From Gemmatimonadaceae bacterium (GTDB lineage: Bacteria; Gemmatimonadota; Gemmatimonadetes; Gemmatimonadales; Gemmatimonadaceae): DNA of 64,000 bases. Below the pieces are notes generated by a model. That model was not told where the DNA came from. It did no database searches and saw nothing but the letters and a program-made list of their open reading frames with translations. Below are positions 48,847-62,455 of the stretch, in pieces; within the stretch, counting starts at the first letter, position 1, and each line of letters begins with the position of its first letter. The DNA is taken from contig JBHYGA010000005.1 in the NCBI GenBank assembly GCA_051859245.1, forward strand, positions 1 to 64,000, given 5' to 3'. The position numbers and the translations under genes are program-made.

Positions 48847-48862
48847 CTACGGAGCGTTATCG

Positions 48863-50413
48863 CTACTTCACGCCACTCATCATGCGGCGTACGGGCACAA
48901 TCAGTGCGCCAAGAATCGCCGTGGCTATGAAGAGCGACATGGTGGTGATCGTGAAGAGTTTGGGCATTTGCTCAAGCTTTTCCGGATCCACGTTGCCACC
49001 AACGAGGCCGCCAATCAGGTTGCCGAGTGCCGAGGCAAGGAACCAGATACCCATCATCTGACCAACGAACTTACGCGGCGAGAGCTTGGTCATTGAGGAC
49101 AGGCCCACGGGGCTCAAACACAACTCGCCAAGCGTCTGAAAGAAGTAGCTGGCCACCAGCCACCACGGCGAAACAAGCACCGTACCGCCGCTCGCGACCA
49201 CCGTGTTGGCGGCGAAGATCATGATGAAGAAGCCGATACCCGCCAGAAACAGACCGAGTGCAAACTTGGCGGGACTCGAAAGATCGATGCCACGTTTGCC
49301 AAGTCCGGTCCAGATCACGGCGAAAATCGGCGCGCACAAAATGATGAAGCCCGAGTTCACCGACTGGAACCAGGTGGCAGGAATCGTGAAGCCTCCAACA
49401 ACACGATCGGTAAAGTCTCGCGCGAACAGGTTGAGCGATGTGGGCGCCTGCTCAAACGCTGACCAGAAAATCGCGGCGAAGATGAACAGCACCACGATTA
49501 CTGCGACACGTTTCTTCTCGTCGCTGTTCAAGCCCCCGGCCGCGAATACGTAACCAAAGAACGCGACCGCGAGACCGACCAGCACAAACGTCATGTAGCC
49601 GCCGAGCACCTGCGCGTCGAGCGTGATGATGCCTGTTGCTGCCAATACGAACACGACCGCAATCAGTCCGAGTCCTGCACCGGTGGCGAGCTTCACCTGC
49701 GATTCCTGTTGCGCCTGCAACACCGGATCGGCGTTACGCGTGGGCAGCACACCAATCGGACCGAGTGTTTTGTTCGCGCTCAGCCAATACACAATGAGAC
49801 CAATGAACATGCCCACGCCGGCCGCACCAAAGCCGTAGTGCCAGCCAACCGCCTCACCGAGAATGCCCGTGATCAACTGTCCGGCAAACGCGCCGAGGTT
49901 GATACCCATGTAGAAAATCGAGAAGCCAGCGTCGCGACGCGCACCACCTTCTGGATACAGATCACCCACGATCGCCGAGATGTTCGGCTTGAGCAGACCG
50001 GTACCGAGCACAATGAGGATCAGGCCCAGAAAGAAAAACACCTTGCCCAGATCGGCGCCTGCAAACCCCGACAATCCGATGGATAGGTGGCCGAGCGTAA
50101 TCAGTACGGCGCCAATGAAGATCGCGCGTCGCAATCCGAGCAGACGATCCGCAATCCATCCGCCCGGCAGCGACGCCACGTACACGAACGCGCCATAAAT
50201 GCCGACAATCGCCGACGCCTGTCCGCGGTCAAAACCAAAGCCGCCTTCCGCAAGCGCCGCTGCCATGAAGAGCACGAGCAGCGGACGCAGGCCGTAGAAC
50301 GAAAACCGTTCCCACGTCTCGGTGAAGAACAGCGTGGCGAGGCCGCGGGGGTGGCCGAAAAACTTGGTGTCCCGTACGTACGGCGTGGGATCAGAAGACG
50401 TGACCTTGGACAT
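48863..50413 (-). CDS. POT/PTR-family proton-dependent di/tripeptide transporter
   Basis: FFGHPRGL, ETWERFSFYG (ExxERFxYY-like), GTGLLKPN, FYMGINLG, GELCLSPVG. Confidence 0.95.
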   Translation of the reverse strand: MSKVTSSDPTPYVRDTKFFGHPRGLATLFFTETWERFSFYGLRPLLVLFMAAALAEGGFGFDRGQASAIVGIYGAFVYVASLPGGWIADRLLGLRRAIFIGAVLITLGHLSIGLSGFAGADLGKVFFFLGLILIVLGTGLLKPNISAIVGDLYPEGGARRDAGFSIFYMGINLGAFAGQLITGILGEAVGWHYGFGAAGVGMFIGLIVYWLSANKTLGPIGVLPTRNADPVLQAQQESQVKLATGAGLGLIAVVFVLAATGIITLDAQVLGGYMTFVLVGLAVAFFGYVFAAGGLNSDEKKRVAVIVVLFIFAAIFWSAFEQAPTSLNLFARDFTDRVVGGFTIPATWFQSVNSGFIILCAPIFAVIWTGLGKRGIDLSSPAKFALGLFLAGIGFFIMIFAANTVVASGGTVLVSPWWLVASYFFQTLGELCLSPVGLSSMTKLSPRKFVGQMMGIWFLASALGNLIGGLVGGNVDPEKLEQMPKLFTITTMSLFIATAILGALIVPVRRMMSGVK

Positions 50414-51420
50414 CAGGCGGGGGCGAGAGTGGACGCGGCGGGAAGGGTGACCGGAACCTTGTGACAGGCAACCCAGTGGGCAGGACTCTTCTCTTCAAGG
50501 GCCGGCACGCGGGCCGAGCACTCCAGATCCTTGAGCGGATGCGAACATCGTGGATGAAACACGCAACCGGACGGAGGGTTCGCCGGTGACGGCGGATCGC
50601 CCGCCAATAGTATGCGCGTGCGCACCCTCCCCGGCTCCGGAACCGGCACCGCGGAGAGCAGCGCCTGCGTGTACGGCATTTGCGCCGAGGCAAAGAGCGA
50701 GGCACGCGTAGCGAGTTCGACGAGGCGTCCCAGATACATCACAGCGACACGATCGGCCATGTGCGAGACGACCGCGAGATCATGCGCAATGAACAGGTAC
50801 GCCAGCCCGCGGTCGCGCTGCAAATCGCGAAGCAGATTCACCACCTGCGCCTGAACGCTCACGTCGAGTGCGGAGACTGGTTCATCACACACAATGAACT
50901 TCGGCTCAACGGCGAGCGCGCGTGCAATTCCAACACGCTGTCGCTGCCCACCAGAGAACTCATGCGGATATCGCGACGCGTACTCAGCGCGCAGTCCGAC
51001 TTCATCGAGCAACTGCGCCACGCGCTGATCGGCCGCCGCTCCGCTGGCGATGTTGTGCACGATCAGCCCTTCGCGAATCGCGGCGCCAATAGTGAGCCGC
51101 GGATTGAGTGAGCCGAACGGATCCTGAAACACGATCTGCATGTGGCGTCGCAGCTTGCGCAATGTTTCACCGCGCAGTGCGAGCACGTCGGTGTTGTCAA
51201 AACGCACGGAACCACTCGTGGGCTCAACAAGTCGCAAGATGGAACGCCCGGTGGTTGTTTTTCCGCAACCGGATTCGCCTACCAGCGCGAGCGTTTCGCC
51301 AGCGTGCACGTCGAACGAAACGCCGTCGACCGCTTTCACAGTGCCCGCATCCCGACGAAACAACCCACGCCGGATCGGAAAGTGTTTGGTCAGATTCCGC
51401 ACTTCAAGCAATGCCGTCAT
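50413..51420 (-). CDS. oppF: Oligopeptide/dipeptide ABC transporter ATP-binding subunit (OppF-like)
   Basis: [32 protein letters not shown]-terminal GCxFHPRC. Confidence 0.9.
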   Translation of the reverse strand: MTALLEVRNLTKHFPIRRGLFRRDAGTVKAVDGVSFDVHAGETLALVGESGCGKTTTGRSILRLVEPTSGSVRFDNTDVLALRGETLRKLRRHMQIVFQDPFGSLNPRLTIGAAIREGLIVHNIASGAAADQRVAQLLDEVGLRAEYASRYPHEFSGGQRQRVGIARALAVEPKFIVCDEPVSALDVSVQAQVVNLLRDLQRDRGLAYLFIAHDLAVVSHMADRVAVMYLGRLVELATRASLFASAQMPYTQALLSAVPVPEPGRVRTRILLAGDPPSPANPPSGCVFHPRCSHPLKDLECSARVPALEEKSPAHWVACHKVPVTLPAASTLAPA

Positions 51421-52418
51421 GTGCGTCGGCGCTCGGGTTCCTGCACCAGATGACAACGCACGCGATGTGCGGTTTCTACTTGTACCAGTGCCGGTGCGTC
51501 GGTGGCGCAGCGTTCCCACGCGTGCTCGCAGCGATCGCGGAAACGGCATCCGGATGGCCACGCCGTTGGTGGCGGCACGGTACCGGGAATCGTGCGCAGT
51601 CGCTCATGCGCCGGTTCCGCGGCGCGCGCGAGCGACGGCACTGCTGCCAGCAATCCTTCCGTGTACGGATGAATGGGCCGCGCAAACAGTGATTCCACCG
51701 GTGCTTCTTCCACCACTTCGCCAGCGTACATCACCAACACGCGTGACGCCATTTCAGCCACGACTCCCAGATCGTGCGTAATGAGCAGCACGGCCATACC
51801 GATGCGTTCGCGCAGCTCTCGCAGCAGCTCGAGAATCTGCGCTTGAATCGTGACATCGAGCGCCGTGGTTGGTTCGTCGGCAATCACCAATGCGGGATCG
51901 AGCACCAGCGCCATGGCAATCATCACGCGCTGTCGCATGCCGCCGGAGAGCTCGTGCGGATACTGCGACGCGCGTGCGGCCGCGTCGGGGATTCCCACGC
52001 GCGCCAACATGGCCACCGCCAGCGCCCAGGCTTCACTGCGCGAGCGTGTCGTGTGCACCCGCACCACTTCGGCCACCTGATCGCCCACGGTGAGCACAGG
52101 ATTAAGCGCCGTCATAGGCTCCTGAAAGATCATGGCCATGCGACGCCCGCGCACGGCCCGCAGTTCACGCTCCGGAATCGTGAGCATGTCTGCGCCCTCA
52201 AACTCCACGCGGCTCGACGGGCCGAGCTTGCCGCCCGCCGGAATCAATCGCAGCAGCGAGAGCGCCGTGAGTGATTTGCCGCAGCCCGATTCTCCCACGA
52301 GCCCCACGGTTTCACCCGCGCTCACGGTGAACGACACCCCGTCGACTGCACGCGCCACGCCTGCGTCGGTTTGAAACGACACACGCAAATCGTTGACAGA
52401 GAGCAGGGGGCTGGTCAC
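51417..52418 (-). CDS. oppD: Oligopeptide/dipeptide ABC transporter ATP-binding subunit (OppD-like)
   Basis: [43 protein letters not shown] start overlaps the oppC stop. Confidence 0.9.
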   Translation of the reverse strand: MTSPLLSVNDLRVSFQTDAGVARAVDGVSFTVSAGETVGLVGESGCGKSLTALSLLRLIPAGGKLGPSSRVEFEGADMLTIPERELRAVRGRRMAMIFQEPMTALNPVLTVGDQVAEVVRVHTTRSRSEAWALAVAMLARVGIPDAAARASQYPHELSGGMRQRVMIAMALVLDPALVIADEPTTALDVTIQAQILELLRELRERIGMAVLLITHDLGVVAEMASRVLVMYAGEVVEEAPVESLFARPIHPYTEGLLAAVPSLARAAEPAHERLRTIPGTVPPPTAWPSGCRFRDRCEHAWERCATDAPALVQVETAHRVRCHLVQEPERRRT

Positions 52419-53230
52419 GCGGCAACCTGTCTCGGTGCGAGGGTTTCGCGCAAGGCGTCGCCGAGCGCATTGCAGGTGAGCACGGCGCTCACGATGGCCA
52501 ATCCGGGGAAAAGTGTGATCCACCAGCGCGACGAGACCAAAGCGCTGCCGTCACTCAGAATGCTCCCCCAGCTGGCCTGCGGCGGCTGTACGCCGAGTCC
52601 CAGAAAAGACAGCCCCGCTTCGAGCGCGATCGTGTGGGCAATACCGAGTGTGGCCGTGACCACCAGTGTGGGCCAGATGTGCGGCAGCACATGACGCCAC
52701 AACACGCGCACCTCGCTTGTCCCCACAGCTCGCGCGGCGATCACAAACTCGCGGTCTTTGAGCGCGAACACATCACCGCGTACGAGTCGCGCGACATCGT
52801 ACCAGCCGGTGAGGCCAAGCAGCAGCACCAGGCCGGAGAGTGGCAGTGCGCCCCAGAGCGCAGATACACATAGCAGCACGAGCACGCGCGGCACCGACAG
52901 CGCGACGTCGAGCAGTCGCATGAGTACCGCGTCGAGTCGACCACCGATCCATCCGGACAGTGCGCCGAAGAGTGCGCCCACGGTGGTTGCAATGGCGACG
53001 CTCAGGAGCGCCACCCCGAGCGAAACCCGCGTGCCGTGCAACACCCGGCTCAGCACATCTCGGCCACTGGGGTCGGTGCCAAACGGATGCGCCGCTGACG
53101 GTGGCTTGCTGGCGATCACACCTTCGGTTGGAATCGCGTTTGGTGCCTCGGGTGAGAGCCAGGGCGCGGCGGCGGCAATCACTACAAACACGATGAGTGC
53201 CGCGAACGGCCAGAAGAGGCGTCGCAACAC
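52415..53230 (-). CDS. oppC: Peptide ABC transporter permease (OppC-like)
   Basis: HPFGTDPSGRDVLSR, EFVIAARAVG EAA loop, LSFLGLGVQPPQASWG. Confidence 0.9.
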   Translation of the reverse strand: MLRRLFWPFAALIVFVVIAAAAPWLSPEAPNAIPTEGVIASKPPSAAHPFGTDPSGRDVLSRVLHGTRVSLGVALLSVAIATTVGALFGALSGWIGGRLDAVLMRLLDVALSVPRVLVLLCVSALWGALPLSGLVLLLGLTGWYDVARLVRGDVFALKDREFVIAARAVGTSEVRVLWRHVLPHIWPTLVVTATLGIAHTIALEAGLSFLGLGVQPPQASWGSILSDGSALVSSRWWITLFPGLAIVSAVLTCNALGDALRETLAPRQVAA

Positions 53231-53232
53231 GG

Positions 53233-54207
53233 TCAGGTGGTTGTTCGTGGGTCAACCGCGCGCTGCAAGATATCCGCGATCAAGCTTCCGGTTACGGTCA
53301 TCACGCTGCCAACAATGACTGCGGCGACGACCAGATTGTAATCACGCGCGCTGACCGCAATCACCGCGGTGTGTCCCATGCCGGGCCACGAAAAAATGCT
53401 CTCGACAAAGACGGCGCCGCCCAACAGCGAGGGGAACATCAACCCGAACATCGTCACCACTGGTACGAGGGCGGTGCGCCAGGCGTGCCAGCGCACGCCA
53501 CGCTCGGCGAGCCCCTTGGCGCGCGCCGTTTGCACGTACGGTTCGTTCCACGCGTCACGCATGCTGCTGCGCTGAAAGCGTGCAAACAGTGATGTGCCGA
53601 GCAGTGTGAGCGCGGTGAGTGGCAACACGAGATGCCGGATACGGTCGACGATCTGTTCGCTGAACGGGAGATATTCATATTCGACGGACACCATGCCGCT
53701 TGCGGGTAGCCACCCGAGGCTCTGTGCGAACAGTTGAACGAGCAATATTCCCAGCCAGAACTCCGGTACGGAGTAGGCAAACAACGACGCGGTCGAAACC
53801 AGAGAATCGCCGGTTGTGCCAACTCGCGTTCCTTGCCACGCGCCAACGGCCATGCCGAGCAGCACGCTCGCTGTGAGCGCTAGCGACATCAGGAGCAAGG
53901 TGCGCGGCAGTACATCGCGCAGCACGTCGCGCACGGGGCGATTGTATCTGGACGACTCGCCGAGTTCCCCGACGGCGAGATTGCGCAGCCACTTGATGTA
54001 CTGCACGTGGATCGGCTGATCGAGACCTCGCTGCGCGACCCACTGCGCACGCCTGTTCGCGGGGACGTCCATCTGCTGCGTGTAGGGATCGCCAGGCGCC
54101 GCGCGCATCAGAATGAACGCCGCCGTCGCCGCCGCCCACACCACGAAGAGCGATTGTAGCAGTCGTACGAACAACCGCGATGAGTGCGCGCGTGCGGGGC
54201 GACTCAT
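53233..54207 (-). CDS. oppB: Peptide ABC transporter permease (OppB-like)
   Basis: APGDP, GLDQP, YVQTARAKGL, VESIFSWPGMG, DPR. Confidence 0.9.
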   Translation of the reverse strand: MSRPARAHSSRLFVRLLQSLFVVWAAATAAFILMRAAPGDPYTQQMDVPANRRAQWVAQRGLDQPIHVQYIKWLRNLAVGELGESSRYNRPVRDVLRDVLPRTLLLMSLALTASVLLGMAVGAWQGTRVGTTGDSLVSTASLFAYSVPEFWLGILLVQLFAQSLGWLPASGMVSVEYEYLPFSEQIVDRIRHLVLPLTALTLLGTSLFARFQRSSMRDAWNEPYVQTARAKGLAERGVRWHAWRTALVPVVTMFGLMFPSLLGGAVFVESIFSWPGMGHTAVIAVSARDYNLVVAAVIVGSVMTVTGSLIADILQRAVDPRTTT

Positions 54208-54216
54208 GAGGCCGCG

Positions 54217-55902
54217 TTAGCGAACGGGAGTAAGGCCGATCCGGTCGCGACCGTTTCGTTTTTCCGCCGGAATGCGCCACGACGGCAAGCCGTGCCACCA
54301 GCCGGTTGCTGAGAGCACGCCTGGTTCGATGCGCTCGTGCATGCCGGCGATGGCGCCGTCTTCGGCGAGCCAGATGCCCGGTGCATCGTCGATGATGGTT
54401 TGCAATGCACGAACCAACGTGCGCTGCGCGACGGCTGGATCAAATGACGAAAGCGCGCTGTCAATGTTTGCATCATATGTTGCGCTTCGATACCCGCCGT
54501 AGTTACTGCCCGCGCCACCAAAGCTGCTCGTAGTCCAGACCTGACGCAGCCCGACCAAACCGGGCGACATACTCCAGCCGTGCATGAAGGCGTCAAAGTT
54601 CGCGCTCTCCAGTCGCGTGATGAGCGCGTTAATCTCCAGGCGCTGCAACACCACCTCGGCTCCCACCGTGCGCAGCTGATCCTGCAACAGCACGGCCATG
54701 CGATCACGATTTGTACTGCCAGCGGGAATCAAGACTTCGAAGCGCATGCGTACGCCGTTCTTCGAGCGAACACTATCGTTCGCGCCCATGACCCACCCTG
54801 CGGAATCAAGCAACGCGCGAGCCGCTGCAACGTCGTACGGCAGTTCCTTCAACGTGGCGTTTTCGGGAATGAACAGCCGTGTGGTTGGCGCTTGGGCAAC
54901 CGCGGTGGCGGAGTCATACACGGCGCGAACTACTCGCTCTCGATTGACCGCCATGCTCAGCGCGCGACGTACCGCCACATCGCCCAACACCGGATGCGGC
55001 TGCTCGACACTCGCCGGATCGCGCACATTCATCAGCATGAGCTGGTACTTCAGCGACGGATAGGCACGGACACGCAGCGACGGTGTCTTGCCCGCTCTTT
55101 CGAGGTCGTCGGGCGGAAGCGGTGAGAAAAAGTCGATGTCGCCGGTAAACAGACTGACAACCGCGGCACCGACATCGGTGAAGGGACGATAGATGACGCG
55201 ATCAAGCGTCGCCCGTCCACGAAAATTTGTTGTGTCCGCGACAACTTCGATGCGATCACCGCTGTTCCATTGCACAAAGCGAAACCGGCCAGTGCCAACG
55301 GGTGACCGCCCAAGTGAATGCGATGACAGTTGTGCAGGGTCTGCGTCTGCCAGCAGGTGTGACGGCGCGATGAACATGTGGTACGCCGCATCGTAGAACT
55401 GTTGCGGTGACCGACGCTTGAACCAGAAGGTCGCGGTTCGCGGCGGGCTCACGCTGACCGAGTCGATGTTGGCCAGCAGCGCGGCCTGGCTGGAGGCCAC
55501 TTGTGGATGCGTGTACAGATCGAACGTGCGTTTTACATCATCCGCCACGACCGGTTGTCCGTCGTGCCAACGCGCCCGATCATCGAGCGTGAACGAAATA
55601 GACATCGAGTCAGCGGCCCACTGCCACGAGCTCGCCAAACGCGGCGTAAATCCTGCGTCACCAACCGTGGAAAGCGCTGGACCAATGTCGGCGAGACGAT
55701 CGTACAACACTTCAACAATCGCCTGATCGTGATCACTCCCCACCAGCGGTGGCAGAAGCGACGTTGGTTCTCCGTTCAACCCAATCACCACCGTCCCACC
55801 CTCCGCACGCGTTTCGATCGGCGGCTGTTCCGGCGAGCACGCCAACAGCAGCGTGCTGACCGACGCGCCAGCAAGGAGGCGACTGTAACGAAACGATGTC
55901 AT
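54217..55902 (-). CDS. oppA: Peptide ABC transporter substrate-binding lipoprotein (family 5)
   Basis: Lipobox LLA|C; LASSW, WHDGQPVVADDV, PVGTGRF, VRRALSMA. ATG 55902. Confidence 0.88.
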   Translation of the reverse strand: MTSFRYSRLLAGASVSTLLLACSPEQPPIETRAEGGTVVIGLNGEPTSLLPPLVGSDHDQAIVEVLYDRLADIGPALSTVGDAGFTPRLASSWQWAADSMSISFTLDDRARWHDGQPVVADDVKRTFDLYTHPQVASSQAALLANIDSVSVSPPRTATFWFKRRSPQQFYDAAYHMFIAPSHLLADADPAQLSSHSLGRSPVGTGRFRFVQWNSGDRIEVVADTTNFRGRATLDRVIYRPFTDVGAAVVSLFTGDIDFFSPLPPDDLERAGKTPSLRVRAYPSLKYQLMLMNVRDPASVEQPHPVLGDVAVRRALSMAVNRERVVRAVYDSATAVAQAPTTRLFIPENATLKELPYDVAAARALLDSAGWVMGANDSVRSKNGVRMRFEVLIPAGSTNRDRMAVLLQDQLRTVGAEVVLQRLEINALITRLESANFDAFMHGWSMSPGLVGLRQVWTTSSFGGAGSNYGGYRSATYDANIDSALSSFDPAVAQRTLVRALQTIIDDAPGIWLAEDGAIAGMHERIEPGVLSATGWWHGLPSWRIPAEKRNGRDRIGLTPVR

Positions 55903-55954
55903 GGGTGGGCGGACAGTGGAGGGAGTGATGAAGTCAAACGATGCCAAGCCGTGC

Positions 55955-56833
55955 TCATCGACGCCAGAGCCAGTCACTCGAACCGAGTTGCTCGCGCGCA
56001 CGCGCAAACGCGATCTGGTAGGCGGCTGTCTCAACAATACGACGCGACGAGATTGACGCAACGCCGAATGCGGCGGCGAGTGCTTCTCGAAGGCGAGTCG
56101 CGGTTGCGGACGCATCGCACGTGGATGGTAGCGCCGCTCGCACCGAGGTTATCGCAGCCGCAGAACCGCGCTCGTGAGCGCCGTCTCGCGCAAAAGGCGC
56201 GAGCAGATCCTGATCGTTGTCCAGCAGTATCGACCCGTGCTGCAAGTAGCCTCCGTGCGCGCGCCACACCGAGCTACCCGCCAGCTTGGCCCCCTCAAGG
56301 ACCAGTTCGCCCGCCGACGGTTGCGCGTAGCACCGCGTACCCGATCGCAAGGCCTTCGCGTCGTCGCTCGAACCGGTGTGCAGCGCGGCCGGTACGCCAA
56401 TGGCCTGCAGGGCGAGCAAGAGTTTCGTGTTCACCGCGGCGTACACGGCGCGCCACGGAATGTCATCGGGCACGGGCAACGTCACGCTCCACGTCACCTC
56501 TCGGCTGTGCAGCAACGCCCGGCCACCCGTTGGCCGCCTCACCACGTCGTAGCCCGCGGCCCGGATGGCGTCCACGTCCCACAATGTGCGCACGGCTTCG
56601 TTGCGCCCAAAGCTCACGGTGGGCCGCGTCCATTCGTAAGTACGCAGCACCGCGCGCGCATCGGTGCGGGCGCTCAATGTGAACGCGAGGTCCCGCGCCA
56701 TATTGTCAATGGCTGGTTCCGGTCCGTCAGGGGCGACCTGCCACCGATCCGGCCACCAAACCGGCGCCGGTTCGGCCGGAGACTGCGCCTCGGCGCGTGA
56801 GGTGGCGGAAGTTCGTCGCGGCAGGGTCGGCAC
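55955..56833 (-). CDS. Lipoate-protein ligase family protein, LipM-like (no C-terminal LplA domain)
   Basis: [38 protein letters not shown]...GAKLAGS, LQHGSI. Start uncertain. Confidence 0.85.
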   Translation of the reverse strand: MPTLPRRTSATSRAEAQSPAEPAPVWWPDRWQVAPDGPEPAIDNMARDLAFTLSARTDARAVLRTYEWTRPTVSFGRNEAVRTLWDVDAIRAAGYDVVRRPTGGRALLHSREVTWSVTLPVPDDIPWRAVYAAVNTKLLLALQAIGVPAALHTGSSDDAKALRSGTRCYAQPSAGELVLEGAKLAGSSVWRAHGGYLQHGSILLDNDQDLLAPFARDGAHERGSAAAITSVRAALPSTCDASATATRLREALAAAFGVASISSRRIVETAAYQIAFARAREQLGSSDWLWRR

Positions 56834-56969
56834 GATTATTAACTTACGGGAGTTGACCATCCGGCGGTTGATGTTTCCCCTGGTTGGCCCGTGGATTCCC
56901 GGCCCGTTCGCGGGCCCCCCTTATCGCATTGTGTCTCCACCGGGCTGCGCCCGGTTTCAGAGGATGGTC

Positions 56970-59855
<2,886 letters not shown>

Positions 59856-59857
59856 CG

Positions 59858-61354
59858 ATGTTCGGCCGTGTTCTCGCGGCGTTGGTGCTTCTTCTCGCGC
59901 CGCGGTTCGCGCCAGCGCAGGAAGTATTCGGCACCCTCCGCCGCGAGGATACCGGCATGCCGTCACAGGGCACAATCGTTGTGGCCGAGCGGCTGAGTGA
60001 TGGTGCGACAATTGCACGAGCTGTGACCGGTGCACGAGGCACGTGGAGATTGCGAGTGAGCACCGACCGGCTCGTGATTCGCGCGCTCCGGATCGGATTC
60101 GAACCGCATGTTCTTGATACTCTGCAACTCGCCGAGGGCACGCAGCGGGAGCTGAACGTCACGCTCCCCGGCACGTCGGTCGTACTGCCAACCGTCCGAA
60201 GCGCCGCAGACTCGCGCTGTCGAGTTCGGCCAGATTCCGCATCTCTCGTTGCGAAAATTTTCCATGAGGCGCGCACAGCACTTACCGCGTCGCTGCTCAT
60301 CACGCCCGATGGTCCGGTGCGTTCTCGCGTTCGCATTACCGACGAGCTCTGGCCCGCGGACGAGTCGAAACTCATTGAAGTGCAGCACCGGGAGTACTAC
60401 GCCGCGTCCTTGCGACCATTCCGAACCGCCTCTGTTGACTCGCTCTTGGAGTTCGGCTTCGTGACGCGGCACCGCGAATCATTCGCGCTTGTACGCCCGG
60501 CTTCTGACGTGGCGGTGGACTATCGCGTGCCAAGTGTGGACCTGATCGTGGACGACCGGTTTCTCGCGGACTACTGCCTGTATTTGGCGGACGAACGCGC
60601 CGATCGTCCGGATCTGATTGGTGTCGGATTCCGCCCTGCGCGAAACAAGCGCATTACGCAGATCGAGGGCACGCTTTGGTTGGATCGCAGCACTTCGGCA
60701 CTGCAACGCATGGAGTTTGGCTACGCGGGGCTCGACGGCAGCGAACGGCGCATCAAGCCAGGCGGCTGGCTTGAGTTCACCCGTTTGGAAACTGGCCTCT
60801 GGTTCGTGAATCGCTGGGCGCTGCGCGTGCCAGCGATTGGTTCGTGGATTGAGTCTCGCGGGGCTACGACCCTGCGCATCATTCTCCGCGATGTGCCGCT
60901 CGTTCGCGTGAGTGGCGAGGTGCTCGACATCGCAGTGGACGCTCGCACGGTGTTCACCGCAGGGGCGACAGATTTCCTCGAGGCGGGTGCACTGGTGACA
61001 ATGCCCAGTCCCGTGGACTCAACCCAGCCAGCGTGTGTGGAAATGAGCGGAACGGCGTTTGCCTTTGGCACCGTTCGTAGCACGTCCGGCGCAGCGCTGC
61101 CAGCGGCCGAGCTCCGATTTTTCTGGCGCGCCGCCAGCGGCACGCCCGACCAGTGGCTGCATGCCGACGCTCAAATATCTGCGACTGGCCAGTATCGTGT
61201 GTGCGGGCTACCACACGATGTGCTGCTGACCGTACAAGTTCGGGCAGACGGACACGAGCCCGCCTCGATAGCGCTTCGGGTAAGCTCGCCGCGCCCATCA
61301 GCGCGTGTGGATTTGGTCCTCACTCCGCTCCCAAGCACGTCGCCGAATCCGTAG
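59858..61354 (+). CDS. Exported protein with N- and C-terminal carboxypeptidase-regulatory-like beta-sandwich domains
   Basis: Signal peptide (APA|Q); G.W......IRALRIGF motif; C-terminal G.VR...G..L...GQYRVCGLP; starts 2 bp after the gcvP stop. Confidence 0.75.
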   Translation: MFGRVLAALVLLLAPRFAPAQEVFGTLRREDTGMPSQGTIVVAERLSDGATIARAVTGARGTWRLRVSTDRLVIRALRIGFEPHVLDTLQLAEGTQRELNVTLPGTSVVLPTVRSAADSRCRVRPDSASLVAKIFHEARTALTASLLITPDGPVRSRVRITDELWPADESKLIEVQHREYYAASLRPFRTASVDSLLEFGFVTRHRESFALVRPASDVAVDYRVPSVDLIVDDRFLADYCLYLADERADRPDLIGVGFRPARNKRITQIEGTLWLDRSTSALQRMEFGYAGLDGSERRIKPGGWLEFTRLETGLWFVNRWALRVPAIGSWIESRGATTLRIILRDVPLVRVSGEVLDIAVDARTVFTAGATDFLEAGALVTMPSPVDSTQPACVEMSGTAFAFGTVRSTSGAALPAAELRFFWRAASGTPDQWLHADAQISATGQYRVCGLPHDVLLTVQVRADGHEPASIALRVSSPRPSARVDLVLTPLPSTSPNP

Positions 61355-61389
61355 CGCTGGCATTGCGCTAAGGATTCTCTAGTCTCGCG

Positions 61390-61773
61390 TTATCCCACCA
61401 GCGCCGTGTAATCCGCCGCGCTCATCAGCCCCGCGTCGCCACCTTCGGCGAGCTTCACCTTGATCATCCATCCGCCGCCGTACGGGTCGCTGTTGACGAG
61501 CGCCGGCTCGCCGTCGAGCGCACCGTTGATTTCAAGGACTTCACCCGTCACCGGCATGTACAACTCGGACACCGCTTTCACCGCTTCCACGGTGCCGAAG
61601 ACATCGTGTGAGTTGAACTTTGCACCGGCCTTGGGCAGGTCGACGTACACGATGTCGCCGAGCTCACCCTGCGCGAAGTCCGTGATGCCGATGTACACCA
61701 CACCCGCCTCGTCAGTCGACTTCACGTATTCATGTTCTTTGGTGTAGCGCAGATCGGCGGGAATGTTCGACAC
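61390..61773 (-). CDS. gcvH: Glycine cleavage system H protein
   Basis: LRYTKEHEY, GITDFAQGELGDIVYV, VEAVKAVSE lipoyl-Lys, NSDPYGGGW. Confidence 0.97.
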   Translation of the reverse strand: MSNIPADLRYTKEHEYVKSTDEAGVVYIGITDFAQGELGDIVYVDLPKAGAKFNSHDVFGTVEAVKAVSELYMPVTGEVLEINGALDGEPALVNSDPYGGGWMIKVKLAEGGDAGLMSAADYTALVG

Positions 61774-61799
61774 AGAAAAACTCCTTCAGGGGAAAAGAA

Positions 61800-62405
61800 T
61801 CACGGCCCGATCAGGGCCAGCATGTCCTGCCACACAGCGTCCGTACGTTCGAGCAGCGATTCGCGCGTGCCATCGTTGTCAATGACCCACGTGGCGCGCG
61901 CCCGCTTTGGTGCAACTTCGCCTTGCGCAGACATCATCGCCTGCGCCACGTCACTCGGCAAGCCACGATCCTGCATCAATCGGCGAAGTCGTTCCGCGGC
62001 TGGTGCGTCCACGAAAACTATCGCGTCGAACTGATCGGCGAGTCCCGCTTCAAAGAGCAGCGGGATCTCGTCCACGAAGATCATCACGCCGTCCCCGAGC
62101 GCCTCACGGGCCCGCTGCGCGCGCAAGCGACCGACTTCCGGATGCACAATCGCATTCAGGTCGCCGAGCGCCTCTGGGTTGTTGAAGACGAGCTCGCGCA
62201 GTGTTTTCCGGTTCAGTGAGCCATCGGCGTTCAGGACGGCGGTGCCGAAGCGGTTGGTGATCGCGGCCAGTGCGGGGGTGCCGGGAGCGACAGATTCACG
62301 GGCGAGCACGTCCGCGTCTACGACACGCGCGCCGAGCTCGGCGAGGCGACGGGAGACGGTGGATTTACCGCTGGCGATGTTGCCGGTGAGTCCGATTCGG
62401 AGCAT
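61800..62405 (-). CDS. coaE: Dephospho-CoA kinase
   Basis: IGLTGNIASGKSTV, DADVLAR, LNAIVHP, EIPLLFE, VIDNDG. ATG 62405. Confidence 0.95.
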   Translation of the reverse strand: MLRIGLTGNIASGKSTVSRRLAELGARVVDADVLARESVAPGTPALAAITNRFGTAVLNADGSLNRKTLRELVFNNPEALGDLNAIVHPEVGRLRAQRAREALGDGVMIFVDEIPLLFEAGLADQFDAIVFVDAPAAERLRRLMQDRGLPSDVAQAMMSAQGEVAPKRARATWVIDNDGTRESLLERTDAVWQDMLALIGP

Positions 62406-62455
62406 GGGGGGAAGAAAGACCACGGGCGAGGTGCGGGGAAGGGCAGTTGCGGTTC

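Noticed and set aside
56861..56969. Glycine riboswitch upstream of gcvP
   Set aside because: No GGAGA...CCGAAG...CTCTCAGG pattern and too little space; none seen before gcvH either.
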